Positions 18,798-27,258 of a DNA stretch of 64,000 bases are shown here, in pieces (positions within the stretch are counted from its first letter, which is position 1; every line of letters starts with the position of its first letter). The DNA is taken from the NCBI GenBank assembly GCA_041685505.1, contig JAWLFQ010000003.1, positions 1,346 to 65,345 on the forward strand, in the 5' to 3' direction. The notes below the pieces were generated by a model, which searched no databases, was not told the origin of the DNA, and saw only the letters and a list, made by a program, of their open reading frames with translations. Made by a program: the position numbers and the translations under genes. The stretch is from Nitriliruptoraceae bacterium. GTDB lineage: Bacteria; Actinomycetota; Nitriliruptoria; Nitriliruptorales; Nitriliruptoraceae.

Positions 18798-19355
18798 CTA
18801 GGAGGCGCTGTCCTCGGCGGGCGCGCCGTCCTTGCTGGCCTTGCTCTTCACCGGGGCGAGGACCATCACCATGTTGCGGCCATCGACCTTCGGGGAGGCT
18901 TCCACGGTGGCCAGGTCGCTCATGTCCTCGGCGAGGCGGTCGAGCAGCTTCAGACCCAGCTCGGTGTGGGTCATCTCCCGTCCACGGAACATGATCGAGG
19001 CGCGCACCTTCGCGCCGTCCTCCAGGAACCGGCGGACGTGGCCGGATTTGGTGCCGTAGTCGTTGTCCGAGATCTTGGGGCGCATCTTGATCTCCTTGAC
19101 GGAGATCTGGCTCTGGCGCTTGCGCGCCTCCTTCTGCTTCTGCTCGGCCTCGTACTTGGCCTTGCCCCAGTCCATGACCCGGCACACCGGTGGGTCGGCC
19201 TGCGGTGCCACCTCGACGAGGTCGAGGTCCTGCTCACGGGCGCGTCGCAGGGCCTGGGCCAGCGGGACGATGCCCACCTGCTCCCCGTCCGCGTCCACGA
19301 GCCTGACCCGCGGGACCTTGATGTCCGCGTTCAGCCGGCGCTGCTGCTCTTCGAT
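18798..19355 (-). CDS. infC: translation initiation factor IF-3 (ATC start codon proposed)
   Basis: IF-3 motifs ([46 protein letters not shown]). AGGAGG at 19368-19363 is followed 7 nt later by an in-frame ATC at 19355. The 27 codons between the track GTG (19436) and this ATC have low third-position GC and contain an 11-bp hairpin. Confidence 0.8.
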   Translation of the reverse strand: MEEQQRRLNADIKVPRVRLVDADGEQVGIVPLAQALRRAREQDLDLVEVAPQADPPVCRVMDWGKAKYEAEQKQKEARKRQSQISVKEIKMRPKISDNDYGTKSGHVRRFLEDGAKVRASIMFRGREMTHTELGLKLLDRLAEDMSDLATVEASPKVDGRNMVMVLAPVKSKASKDGAPAEDSAS

Positions 19356-19394
19356 GTCCGTGCCTCCTGGTTCGGTTCGGGGTCGCTGACGACG

Positions 19395-19421
19395 GATGGC
19401 GACCCACCAGGGGTCGCCATC
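19395..19421 (-). promoter_or_regulatory. perfect 11-bp stem / 5-nt loop hairpin in the infC leader
   Basis: GATGGCGACCC-accag-GGGTCGCCATC, 27 nt upstream of the infC SD. Confidence 0.45.
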
Positions 19422-19576
19422 GGGACGATGGATCACGGATCGTCATGACACGACGATCCGGTCAGCGGCATCGACCCGAGGAGGCGGGACCTCACGGGTG
19501 GGCGCATCGCGCCACTTGTGTGCGGTTGTGGACGTCGCCGGGCGACGTCGGGCGCCAGGGTAGCACCCCGCCGGGG

Positions 19577-20062
19577 TCAGCGACCGGGGACCCACAGCCG
19601 GGAGGCGGCGCTGCTGCCGCCGGACGGCTGCTGCGGCTGGCCGCCGCTGTCCGCTCCCTCCGGGGCAGGTGCGGCGGCGTCCTCGCCGGCAGCAGGATCG
19701 CTGGCGAGGTCACCCTCCTCGGCCTCGCCGCTGGCGGCAGCCTGGGCCACCTGCTGTTCGCCCTCGACCTGGGCCATGCGCAGCTGCTGCAGCGCCTGGT
19801 CGAGTTGGGTGGTCAGCTCCTCGGCAGCGTGCCCACGCACGGCATCGGTCATGGCACCGATGGTGTCGATGAGCAGCCGCCCGTCACGGCGGCCGACCTT
19901 GACCTGGGCCGCGTTGAGCAGGGCGTTGGCCACCTCGGCGAGGACCTGATCCACGGGCGCCTCGCGCAACTGCGAGAGGTAGGCGCGGATCTCCTCCTCG
20001 GAGGGCTGCTGCTGGCCACCGAGATCAGCGGCGGAAGATGGATCGAACGGCACGTCGCTCAC
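19577..20062 (-). CDS. DUF1844-like protein (conserved actinobacterial neighbour of infC)
   Basis: GTG at 20062 with GAGGAG 6 nt upstream. The core [31 protein letters not shown]...[11 protein letters not shown] resembles DUF1844 as I recall it. Acidic low-complexity C-terminus. Confidence 0.65.
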   Translation of the reverse strand: MSDVPFDPSSAADLGGQQQPSEEEIRAYLSQLREAPVDQVLAEVANALLNAAQVKVGRRDGRLLIDTIGAMTDAVRGHAAEELTTQLDQALQQLRMAQVEGEQQVAQAAASGEAEEGDLASDPAAGEDAAAPAPEGADSGGQPQQPSGGSSAASRLWVPGR

Positions 20063-20141
20063 GCGGCGCTCCTCAGCGTTGGTCGGGGGCCCTAGCCTAC
20101 CGAGGTGGCCACCAACCCCCGCCGGCCACCGAGGTGGAGCC

Positions 20142-20405
20142 GTGAAGACCTTCGAAGCCCTGTTCGCCGAGCTGTCCGACAAGGCCGAGCAGCGTCCGAC
20201 GGGCTCGGGCACCGTCGCTGCCCTCGACGCCGGCGTGCACGCGATCGGCAAGAAGGTCGTGGAGGAGGCCGCCGAGGCCTGGATGGCCGCCGAGCACGAG
20301 TCGCCCGAGCGGGCCGCCGAGGAGATCAGCCAGCTCCTCTACCACGCCCAGGTCCTGATGCTGGCGACGGGGCTCACCCTGGAGGACGTCTACGCTCACC
20401 TGTGA
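20142..20405 (+). CDS. hisE: phosphoribosyl-ATP pyrophosphatase
   Basis: 87 aa from a GTG ([15 protein letters not shown]...EEAAE..A.....ER...[12 protein letters not shown]). GGTGGAG SD upstream. Confidence 0.88.
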   Translation: MKTFEALFAELSDKAEQRPTGSGTVAALDAGVHAIGKKVVEEAAEAWMAAEHESPERAAEEISQLLYHAQVLMLATGLTLEDVYAHL

Positions 20406-20466
20406 CCTCGGTCCCCTCCAGGACACCCGCCCGCTCCTGCGGCGCCTACCGACCCGTGAGAGACCC

Positions 20467-21312
20467 ATGCTGCGCATCGCCGTGCCCAACAAGGGCTCGC
20501 TGTCCGAACCCGCGATCCGGATGCTGTCCGAAGCGGGCTACCGCCAGCGCCGCTCGTCGAAGGAACTGGTGCTGGTCGACGAGGACAACGACGCGGAGTT
20601 CTTCTTCCTCCGCCCCCGCGACATCGCCACCTACGTCGGTGCGGGTCAGCTCGAGGTGGGCATCACCGGACGTGACCTGCTGCTGGACGGCAACGGTGGA
20701 GCCGAGGAGGTGCTCGCCCTGGGGTTCGGGCGCTCGACCTTCCGTTACGCCGCCGTGCCCGGTACCGCCGAGCGCCCGGAGGACTTCGCCGGCAAGCGGG
20801 TCGCCACCTCCTACACCGGCATCGTGCGCCGTGACCTCGAGCAGCGCGGCGTCGAGGCTGAGGTGATCCACCTCGACGGAGCCGTGGAGACCGCGGTCAG
20901 GCTCGGTGTGGCCGACATCATCGCCGACGTGGTGGAGACCGGGGCCACCCTGCGCGAGGCGGGCCTGGAGGTCCTCGGCGAGCCGATCATGCGCTCCGAG
21001 GGGGTGCTGATCCGCGACGCCCGGATCGACACCAGCCCGCGCATCGAGCAGCTGATCCGCCGCCTCCACGGGGTGATCATCGCCCGCCAGTACGTGATGA
21101 TCGACTACGACTGCCGGGTGGAGGTCCTCGACGAGGCCTGTGCCATCACCCCGGGGATCGAGTCCCCCACGGTCAGCCCGCTGCACGACAAGGGCTGGGT
21201 CGCGGTGCGCGCGATGGTGGAGCAGCGCGTCACCAACCAGGTGATGGACGAGCTGTGGGAGCTCGGGGCCCGGGGGATCCTCGTGACCGACATCATGGCC
21301 TGTCGACTGTGA
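20467..21312 (+). CDS. hisG: ATP phosphoribosyltransferase (long form)
   Basis: 281 aa with MLRIAVPNKGSL, the DIIADVVETGATLR signature and a C-terminal regulatory domain. Confidence 0.93.
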   Translation: MLRIAVPNKGSLSEPAIRMLSEAGYRQRRSSKELVLVDEDNDAEFFFLRPRDIATYVGAGQLEVGITGRDLLLDGNGGAEEVLALGFGRSTFRYAAVPGTAERPEDFAGKRVATSYTGIVRRDLEQRGVEAEVIHLDGAVETAVRLGVADIIADVVETGATLREAGLEVLGEPIMRSEGVLIRDARIDTSPRIEQLIRRLHGVIIARQYVMIDYDCRVEVLDEACAITPGIESPTVSPLHDKGWVAVRAMVEQRVTNQVMDELWELGARGILVTDIMACRL

Positions 21313-23560
21313 CCTCGACCCGTTCGCAGTGGTCGCTGCCGGGCAGCGTCACCGTGCCGGAGGTCACCAGCGTCAGGGTCCGCGTCGCACGGGTGACGGC
21401 CACGTAGAGCTGGTGGGTGCCCACGGCGCTGCGCTGCATGATCCGTTCGGGCGCGACCACCACCACGTCGTCGAACTCCAACCCCTTCGACTCGCGGACC
21501 TCCAGCACCCGGGTGCGGTCCCAGCCCTCCCCGTCGAGGTGCGGCTCCAGCGCGCGGGTGAGCGCCGCGACGTCCGCCACATCGGCGAGCACACCGAGGG
21601 TCCCACCCCTGGCCGCGAGCCGCTCGGTCACCACCGCCGCGGTCGCAGCCACGGGATCGGGGGTGACCACCTGGCGTGGCCGCTCCCCCGCGGCGCGCAC
21701 TGCCCGGGGTGCCAGTGCAGGGTCGTGCCCGGCGGCGGCGAGCACGTCGGTGGCCACCGCGGCGATCTCCTCGGGGGTGCGGTAGTTGACCTCCAGCGTG
21801 GCGATCTCCACCGAGCGTCGCCCGATCAGGGCCGCGACCTCCTGCCAGGTGGCCGGCTCCGCGACCCGGCTGCGCTGCGCGAGGTCGCCCACCACCGTCC
21901 ACGACGCGTAGGGCCCCCGGCGACTGACCGCACGCCACTGCATCGGGGCGAGGTCCTGCGCCTCGTCGACCACCACGTGGGCGAAGTCGCGGTAGCTGTC
22001 GGACTCCACATCGACCGCCGGCGCCTCCACGTGGAGGGCCTCGGTGGACAGGCGGATCCCCCCGTCGTCCTCCTGCTCCCTGAGGCTCTGGCGGGGGCGC
22101 CTGGAGGGCGGCTGGCCGAGCAGTGCGACCAGCTCGTCGAGCAGGGCGACGTCGTCGATGGTCCAGCCCGCCGCACCCTGCCATGCGGCGGCCACCGCGG
22201 CCAACTGCTCGGCGGGGAGCAGTCCACGCCCCACCTCCTCGAGCGCCACCTCACCGCGGGCCACGAGCCCGAGGACCTCCTGGGGGTCGCGCTCGGGCCA
22301 GAAACACCGGCGCAGGAGCACCACCTCGGGCGCGGCGTCGAGCGCAGCCTGGAACCCGCTGCCCTCACGGTCCTCGGGTACCCGTCCTCCCGCGGCACGG
22401 TGCGCTCGGGCCCACGCCGCCCACAGGGCGTCATCGAGGGCCGCGCCTGCCACCTCGCTGCGGTCGTGGTAGGCGCCACCGGGCACATCCGCCCGGGTGC
22501 GGTCGAGGTGGCGTTCCCGGAGGGCCTCGAGGTGTTCGCCGCGCACGGTGACCGTGGTGCCCTCGAAGGACAGCCGGGTGGTGGGCGGGATCGGCGGGAG
22601 CACCGCCTGCAGGCTGCGACGCAGCACCTCGGCCATGGCCAGATCGCCCTTGGTGCGGGCCACGTCGGGCTCGTCCCAGCCGCTGATCCGCGCGCCCCTC
22701 GGCGCCAGGCCGGCCAATGGCCGCTGGACGGCACGGTCCTCGCCGAGGGCCGGCAGCACCCGGGCGGTGTACTCCGTGAAGGCCGCGGAGGGCCCGATGA
22801 CCAGCACCCCGCGACCCTCGAACCGCTCGCGGTCCCGGTAGAGCAGGTAGGCCACGCGGTGCAGCGCCACCACCGTCTTGCCCGTGCCGGGACCACCGGA
22901 GACCACCAGGGTGCCGCTGGCAGGCGCGCGGATGATGCGGTCCTGCTCGCCCTGGATCGTGGCGACGATGTCGCGCATACGCCCGGAACGCTCGCGGCTC
23001 AGTGCCGCCAGCAGGGCCCCCTGGCCGGTGACGGCCCGCAGCCCGAGCCGCTCGGCGGCGGTGCCGTCCAGCACCTCGTCATCGAGGTCCACCAGGCGGT
23101 CGCCCCGGGTGACCAGGGTGCGCCGGCGCGCCACACCGATGGGGCGGGCGGCGGTGGCCTGGTAGAAGGCGGCGGCGGCCGGAGCGCGCCAGTCGACCAA
23201 CAGCACCTCACCGTCGTCGTCGATCACCGACACGCGCCCGACGTGGAGGTCGTCCCCGTCGGCGAGGTCGAGGCGGCCGAAGGCCAGGGACTCCACGTCC
23301 CCGAAGGTGTAGCGCTGCTGACGGGACGCGTGGTGGTGTGCCGTGACGTCGCGTTCGTAGCGGGCCTGGAAGGTCGCCCCGGAGCGATCGGCGGCGGCCT
23401 GGGCCGCACGCTCCTCGGCACGCCGCCGGAGGTGCTCGACGCGCTCGTGGACACGGTCGAGATGGGCCTGTTCCGCCTCGATGGCGGCGCGCTTGTCCCC
23501 CGGCCGTGGATCGGCCACCGGGACGGGTCCCGGCATGGCGTCCTCGGCGGGGGTGGTCAC
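21293..23560 (-). CDS. helD: HelD/HelR-like UvrD-family ATPase (RNA-polymerase-associated helicase IV class)
   Basis: 755 aa. The N-terminal region has LAFGRLDLADGDDLHVGRVSV..LLVDWRAPAAAAFYQAT, typical of actinobacterial HelD. Walker A GGPGTGKTVVALHRV, DEAQD, and C-terminal ESKGLEFD..VAVTRA. GTG at 23560 overlaps the ribH stop; an alternative ATG is at 23536. Confidence 0.8.
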   Translation of the reverse strand: MTTPAEDAMPGPVPVADPRPGDKRAAIEAEQAHLDRVHERVEHLRRRAEERAAQAAADRSGATFQARYERDVTAHHHASRQQRYTFGDVESLAFGRLDLADGDDLHVGRVSVIDDDGEVLLVDWRAPAAAAFYQATAARPIGVARRRTLVTRGDRLVDLDDEVLDGTAAERLGLRAVTGQGALLAALSRERSGRMRDIVATIQGEQDRIIRAPASGTLVVSGGPGTGKTVVALHRVAYLLYRDRERFEGRGVLVIGPSAAFTEYTARVLPALGEDRAVQRPLAGLAPRGARISGWDEPDVARTKGDLAMAEVLRRSLQAVLPPIPPTTRLSFEGTTVTVRGEHLEALRERHLDRTRADVPGGAYHDRSEVAGAALDDALWAAWARAHRAAGGRVPEDREGSGFQAALDAAPEVVLLRRCFWPERDPQEVLGLVARGEVALEEVGRGLLPAEQLAAVAAAWQGAAGWTIDDVALLDELVALLGQPPSRRPRQSLREQEDDGGIRLSTEALHVEAPAVDVESDSYRDFAHVVVDEAQDLAPMQWRAVSRRGPYASWTVVGDLAQRSRVAEPATWQEVAALIGRRSVEIATLEVNYRTPEEIAAVATDVLAAAGHDPALAPRAVRAAGERPRQVVTPDPVAATAAVVTERLAARGGTLGVLADVADVAALTRALEPHLDGEGWDRTRVLEVRESKGLEFDDVVVVAPERIMQRSAVGTHQLYVAVTRATRTLTLVTSGTVTLPGSDHCERVEVTVDRP

Positions 23561-24027
23561 AGGCTCCGCAGCAGGGTCGCGGTCTCCACGGCGGCCAGCG
23601 CCGCCTCGGCGCCCTTGTTGCCGAGCTTGCCGCCGGCCCGGGCGACCGCCTGCTCCCAGGTCTCGGTGGTCAGTACGGCGTTGCCGATCGGGATGCCGTG
23701 CCGTCGGGCGACCGCGGCGGTGCCGTTCGAGCCCTCGCCCGCCACGTAGTCGTAGTGGCCCGTCTCACCCCGCACCACGCAGCCCAGGGCCACCAGGGCA
23801 TCCACCTCGCCGCTGGCCGCCAGCCGCTCGAGCACCACGGGCAGCTCCCAGGACCCGGGTACCCACAGCACCCGCAGGTCCTCGGGCCGGGCGCCGTGGC
23901 GCAGCAGGGCCCCCGTGGCGCCGTCGACGAGCGGGCGCACGATCGTCTCGTTGAACCGGCCCGCGACCAGGGCGATCCGCAGCCCGCTCGCGTCCAGGCT
24001 GCCCTCGAGGTGGGTGATCTCGCTCAC
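23557..24027 (-). CDS. ribH: 6,7-dimethyl-8-ribityllumazine synthase
   Basis: 156 aa with [20 protein letters not shown] and [14 protein letters not shown]. Confidence 0.93.
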   Translation of the reverse strand: MSEITHLEGSLDASGLRIALVAGRFNETIVRPLVDGATGALLRHGARPEDLRVLWVPGSWELPVVLERLAASGEVDALVALGCVVRGETGHYDYVAGEGSNGTAAVARRHGIPIGNAVLTTETWEQAVARAGGKLGNKGAEAALAAVETATLLRSL

Positions 24028-25388
24028 GTACGGTCCCTCCCGTTGTGCCGACCGTGGCCGGGTTCCTGTTCGTCGTCGGGCGGCGGTGCCATGGCCAGCC
24101 CACGCACCGGCTTCTCCACCGCACGGGGCGCACGGGCACCCTGCGCGGCGATGTCGCCGACACCGGTGGAGATCGGCAGATCCTCACCGCCGAGCTCGTG
24201 GCCCATGCGTTCGGCCTTGGTGCGCAGGTAGAAGGCGTTGTTGGGGTTGGGGCGGACCTCGACGGGGACCCGGCCCACGATGGACAGGCCGAAGCCGGAC
24301 AGCGCCGCACGCTTCTCGGGGTTGTTGGTGAGCAGCTTGAGCGTGGACAACCCGAGGTCCGCCAGGATCATCGCCCCGACACCGTAGTCGCGGTCGTCGT
24401 TGGGCAGCCCCAGATCGAGGTTGGCGTCGACGGTGTCCGCACCGTTGTCCTGCAGCTCGTAGGCCCGCAGCTTGTGGAGCAGCCCGATGCCGCGGCCCTC
24501 GTGGCCGCGCAGGTAGACCACCACACCTCGGCCCTCCTCGGCGATGCGCGCCATGGAGAGATCCAGCTGGGGGCCGCAGTCGCAGCGCAGCGAGCGGAAC
24601 ACGTCACCGGTCAGACACTCGGAGTGCATGCGCACGAGCACGTCACGCTCGCCCTCCGGATCGCCGTAGAGCAGGGCCAGCGACTCCGTGTCATCGAAGG
24701 AGCTGCGGTAGCCGATCATCTTCCAGTCGCCGTAGGGCGTGGGCAGCTTCGCCACGGCCACGCGCTCGACCAGGCTCTCGCGAGCCCGGCGGTAGGCGAC
24801 CAGATCGGCGATGCTGACGATCAGCAGGCCGTGCTCGGCCGCGAAGCGCTCCAGGTCACCGACCCGGGCCATGGTGCCGTCGGGGTTGGTGACCTCGCAG
24901 ATCACCGCTGCCGGTCGGCGGCCAGCCATGCGGACCAGATCGACGGAGGCCTCGGTGTGACCGAGGCGGTGGAGCACACCGGCGGGGTGGTAGCGCAGGG
25001 GCAGCACGTGCCCCGGCCGGGTGATGTCGTGGGGCTCGGTCGCGGGGTCGGCCAGCACCCGGCAGGTCCGGGCACGGTCCGCGGCGGAGATCCCCGTGGT
25101 CGTGCCCTCGGCGGCGTCGACCGACACCGTGTAGGCCGTGCCCTTGGGATCCTGGTTGCGGGCCACCATCGGCGGCAGGTCGAGGCGGTCGAGGTCGTCG
25201 CCCAGCATCGGCACGCACACGAACCCCGAGGTGTGCTGGATGACGAAGGCCATCTGCTCCGCGGTGACGGCGTCGGCGGCGAGCACCAGGTCGCCCTCGT
25301 TCTCCCGGTCCTCGTCGTCGACGACGATGACCATGCCGCCCTCCGCCAGCACGGCGATGGCGTCCTCGATGGGCGCGAAGGTGCTCAC
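24024..25388 (-). CDS. ribBA: bifunctional 3,4-dihydroxy-2-butanone-4-phosphate synthase / GTP cyclohydrolase II
   Basis: 454 aa with [11 protein letters not shown] (DHBP synthase) and [14 protein letters not shown] (GCH II zinc site). There is a C-terminal extension of about 45 aa that is not typical. Confidence 0.93.
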   Translation of the reverse strand: MSTFAPIEDAIAVLAEGGMVIVVDDEDRENEGDLVLAADAVTAEQMAFVIQHTSGFVCVPMLGDDLDRLDLPPMVARNQDPKGTAYTVSVDAAEGTTTGISAADRARTCRVLADPATEPHDITRPGHVLPLRYHPAGVLHRLGHTEASVDLVRMAGRRPAAVICEVTNPDGTMARVGDLERFAAEHGLLIVSIADLVAYRRARESLVERVAVAKLPTPYGDWKMIGYRSSFDDTESLALLYGDPEGERDVLVRMHSECLTGDVFRSLRCDCGPQLDLSMARIAEEGRGVVVYLRGHEGRGIGLLHKLRAYELQDNGADTVDANLDLGLPNDDRDYGVGAMILADLGLSTLKLLTNNPEKRAALSGFGLSIVGRVPVEVRPNPNNAFYLRTKAERMGHELGGEDLPISTGVGDIAAQGARAPRAVEKPVRGLAMAPPPDDEQEPGHGRHNGRDRT

Positions 25389-26020
25389 GCGTCCCCCTCA
25401 CCCAGCGGCGCGGCGTAGGGACTCTCGGCACCGCCTGCCAGGAGCCGCTCGACGTACTTGGCGATGACGTCCACCTCGAGGTTGACGTGGTCGCCCTCGG
25501 TGAGCACACCCAGGGTGGTCACCTCCAGGGTGTGCGGGATCAACCCGATGCGGAAGCCTCCGTCGGCGGTGCGGTCCACCACCGTCAGGCTGACCCCGCT
25601 GACGGTGATCGAGCCCTTGGGGACCAGATAGCGGGCCACCGTGTCGTCGGCGGCGATGGTCATGAACACCGTCCCGGGCAGGCGTTCGAGGTCGGTGACC
25701 GTCCCGACGGCGTCCACGTGTCCCTGCACGAGGTGACCGCCGAAACGGCTGTCGGCGCGCATGGCCCGCTCCAGGTTGACGGGTCGGCCGACCTCGAGGT
25801 CACCGAGGGCCGTCGCACGGAGCGTCTCCGCCATCAGATCGGCGGTGAAGCCGTCCTCCGGCAGGGTCGTGACCGTCAGGCAGGTGCCGTCCACGGAGAT
25901 GGAGTCACCCACCACCGCGCCGTCGAGCACCTGGCGGCACTGCACGTGGAGGCGCGCGTGGCCGTCCTTCACGTCGATGGCGGCCACCTGGCCGAGCTCC
26001 TCGACGATGCCGGTGAACAT
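25385..26020 (-). CDS. ribE: riboflavin synthase alpha chain
   Basis: Trimmed to [10 protein letters not shown].. (211 aa) with AAGGAG 5 nt upstream. Duplicated [13 protein letters not shown] / [12 protein letters not shown] motifs. Confidence 0.9.
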   Translation of the reverse strand: MFTGIVEELGQVAAIDVKDGHARLHVQCRQVLDGAVVGDSISVDGTCLTVTTLPEDGFTADLMAETLRATALGDLEVGRPVNLERAMRADSRFGGHLVQGHVDAVGTVTDLERLPGTVFMTIAADDTVARYLVPKGSITVSGVSLTVVDRTADGGFRIGLIPHTLEVTTLGVLTEGDHVNLEVDVIAKYVERLLAGGAESPYAAPLGEGDA

Positions 26021-26105
26021 CATGGCTCCTTGGCGGTCGTGCGGTGGCCCGACACCGGGCCTGGTCTCGCGGTTCGGTACGGGTGGGTCGTACGGTCGGT
26101 CAGGG

Positions 26106-27230
26106 TCACACCGGTGCTGGCAGCAGGTGCACGATCGCATCGCCACCGGCGCCGCCGCTGCGTTCGGTGCGCCACCGCCCGCCCCGCGGCGGGGCGAGTG
26201 CATCGTCGAGCGGACCGTCGCCCAGCCCGACCGCGACGTGCAGGACGAGCCGGTCGACGAGCTCCGCATCGAGCAGCGCACCTGCCAGCGTAGGGCCCGG
26301 TTCGGCGAGCAGGGACACCATGCCGGTCTCGGCGAGGGTGGCCAGGGCGGCGGGCAGGTCGACCCCACGGCCGCCGCGGCCGGCAGGCACCCACCGCACC
26401 TCCACACCACGGGTCGCGAGGGCGGCGGCGCGATGGCGGCGCGCAGCTGCCTCCACGGTGTCCGCGGTGCTGCCCGCCGCGATCACGACGGTGCCGGAGC
26501 GGACCAGCCGCGCCGTCACCGGGGTGCGCACCGCGGCGTCGAGCACCACGGCCCGTGGCTGGTGCACGGTGGCGACGTCGCGGACGTCGAGTCGGGGGTC
26601 ATCGGCGACCACGGTGCCGATGCCCACCAGCACGCCGTCCACGGTGGCACGCCAGCGGTGCACGGCGCGGCGCGCCGCCGCCCCGGTCACCCACCGCGCC
26701 CCGGAGGGGTTGGTCACCTGCCCGTCCGCGGTACGCGCCAGCTTGAGCGTCACGTGGGGACGGTCATGCCGGGCCACGGTCATGAACCCCTCCAGTGCCC
26801 CCGCGACGCCGCCGCGGATGGCGTCGTCGGGAGGAGGGGGGCCCACCACCTCGACGCCGGCGGCCGACAGCCGCGCGGCCCCACCACGGGCGGCGGGGTG
26901 GGGGTCGGGATGGCCGATGACCACCCGGGTGACCCCCGCCGCCAGCAGGGCGTCGGTACAGGGCGGCGTTCGGCCGTGATGGGCGCAGGGCTCCAGGGTG
27001 ACCACCGCCGTGGCGCCCCGGGCGGCGGCGCCGGCGGCCCGCAGCGCGACCACCTCGGCGTGGGGGCCCGGAGGCGGTGTGGTCACCCCCTCACCGATGA
27101 CGCGGTCATCGGCCAGCAGCAGGCAGCCCACGGCGGGGTTGGGACTGACCTGGGGGCCGTGGCGCGCGGCCATGGCCATCGCGCGCGCCAACGCGGCGCG
27201 CTCCGCGGGGCGTGGCGACGGGGCGCTCAC
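26106..27230 (-). CDS. ribD: bifunctional diaminohydroxyphosphoribosylaminopyrimidine deaminase / 5-amino-6-(5-phosphoribosylamino)uracil reductase
   Basis: 374 aa with HAEVVAL...TLEPCAHHGRTPPC (CDA zinc site) and a C-terminal reductase domain. Confidence 0.9.
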   Translation of the reverse strand: MSAPSPRPAERAALARAMAMAARHGPQVSPNPAVGCLLLADDRVIGEGVTTPPPGPHAEVVALRAAGAAARGATAVVTLEPCAHHGRTPPCTDALLAAGVTRVVIGHPDPHPAARGGAARLSAAGVEVVGPPPPDDAIRGGVAGALEGFMTVARHDRPHVTLKLARTADGQVTNPSGARWVTGAAARRAVHRWRATVDGVLVGIGTVVADDPRLDVRDVATVHQPRAVVLDAAVRTPVTARLVRSGTVVIAAGSTADTVEAAARRHRAAALATRGVEVRWVPAGRGGRGVDLPAALATLAETGMVSLLAEPGPTLAGALLDAELVDRLVLHVAVGLGDGPLDDALAPPRGGRWRTERSGGAGGDAIVHLLPAPV

Positions 27231-27258
27231 CGCCGGACGCAGGACCGGACCGTCGGCC

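Noticed and set aside
23536-23600. Rifamycin-associated element (RAE) in front of the HelR/HelD-like gene.
   Set aside because: The helD start overlaps ribH coding sequence, so there is no intergenic region where an RAE-type palindrome and promoter could sit. A rifamycin-resistance role is therefore not supported by context.
26021-27258. Looked for an FMN (RFN) riboswitch controlling the rib genes.
   Set aside because: The gap upstream of ribD is 28 nt and the ribD-ribE gap is 85 nt. Neither contains the conserved RFN segments (GGAUNC..., CCGACGG..) and both are too short. I conclude there is none in this window, but cmsearch RF00050 should confirm this.
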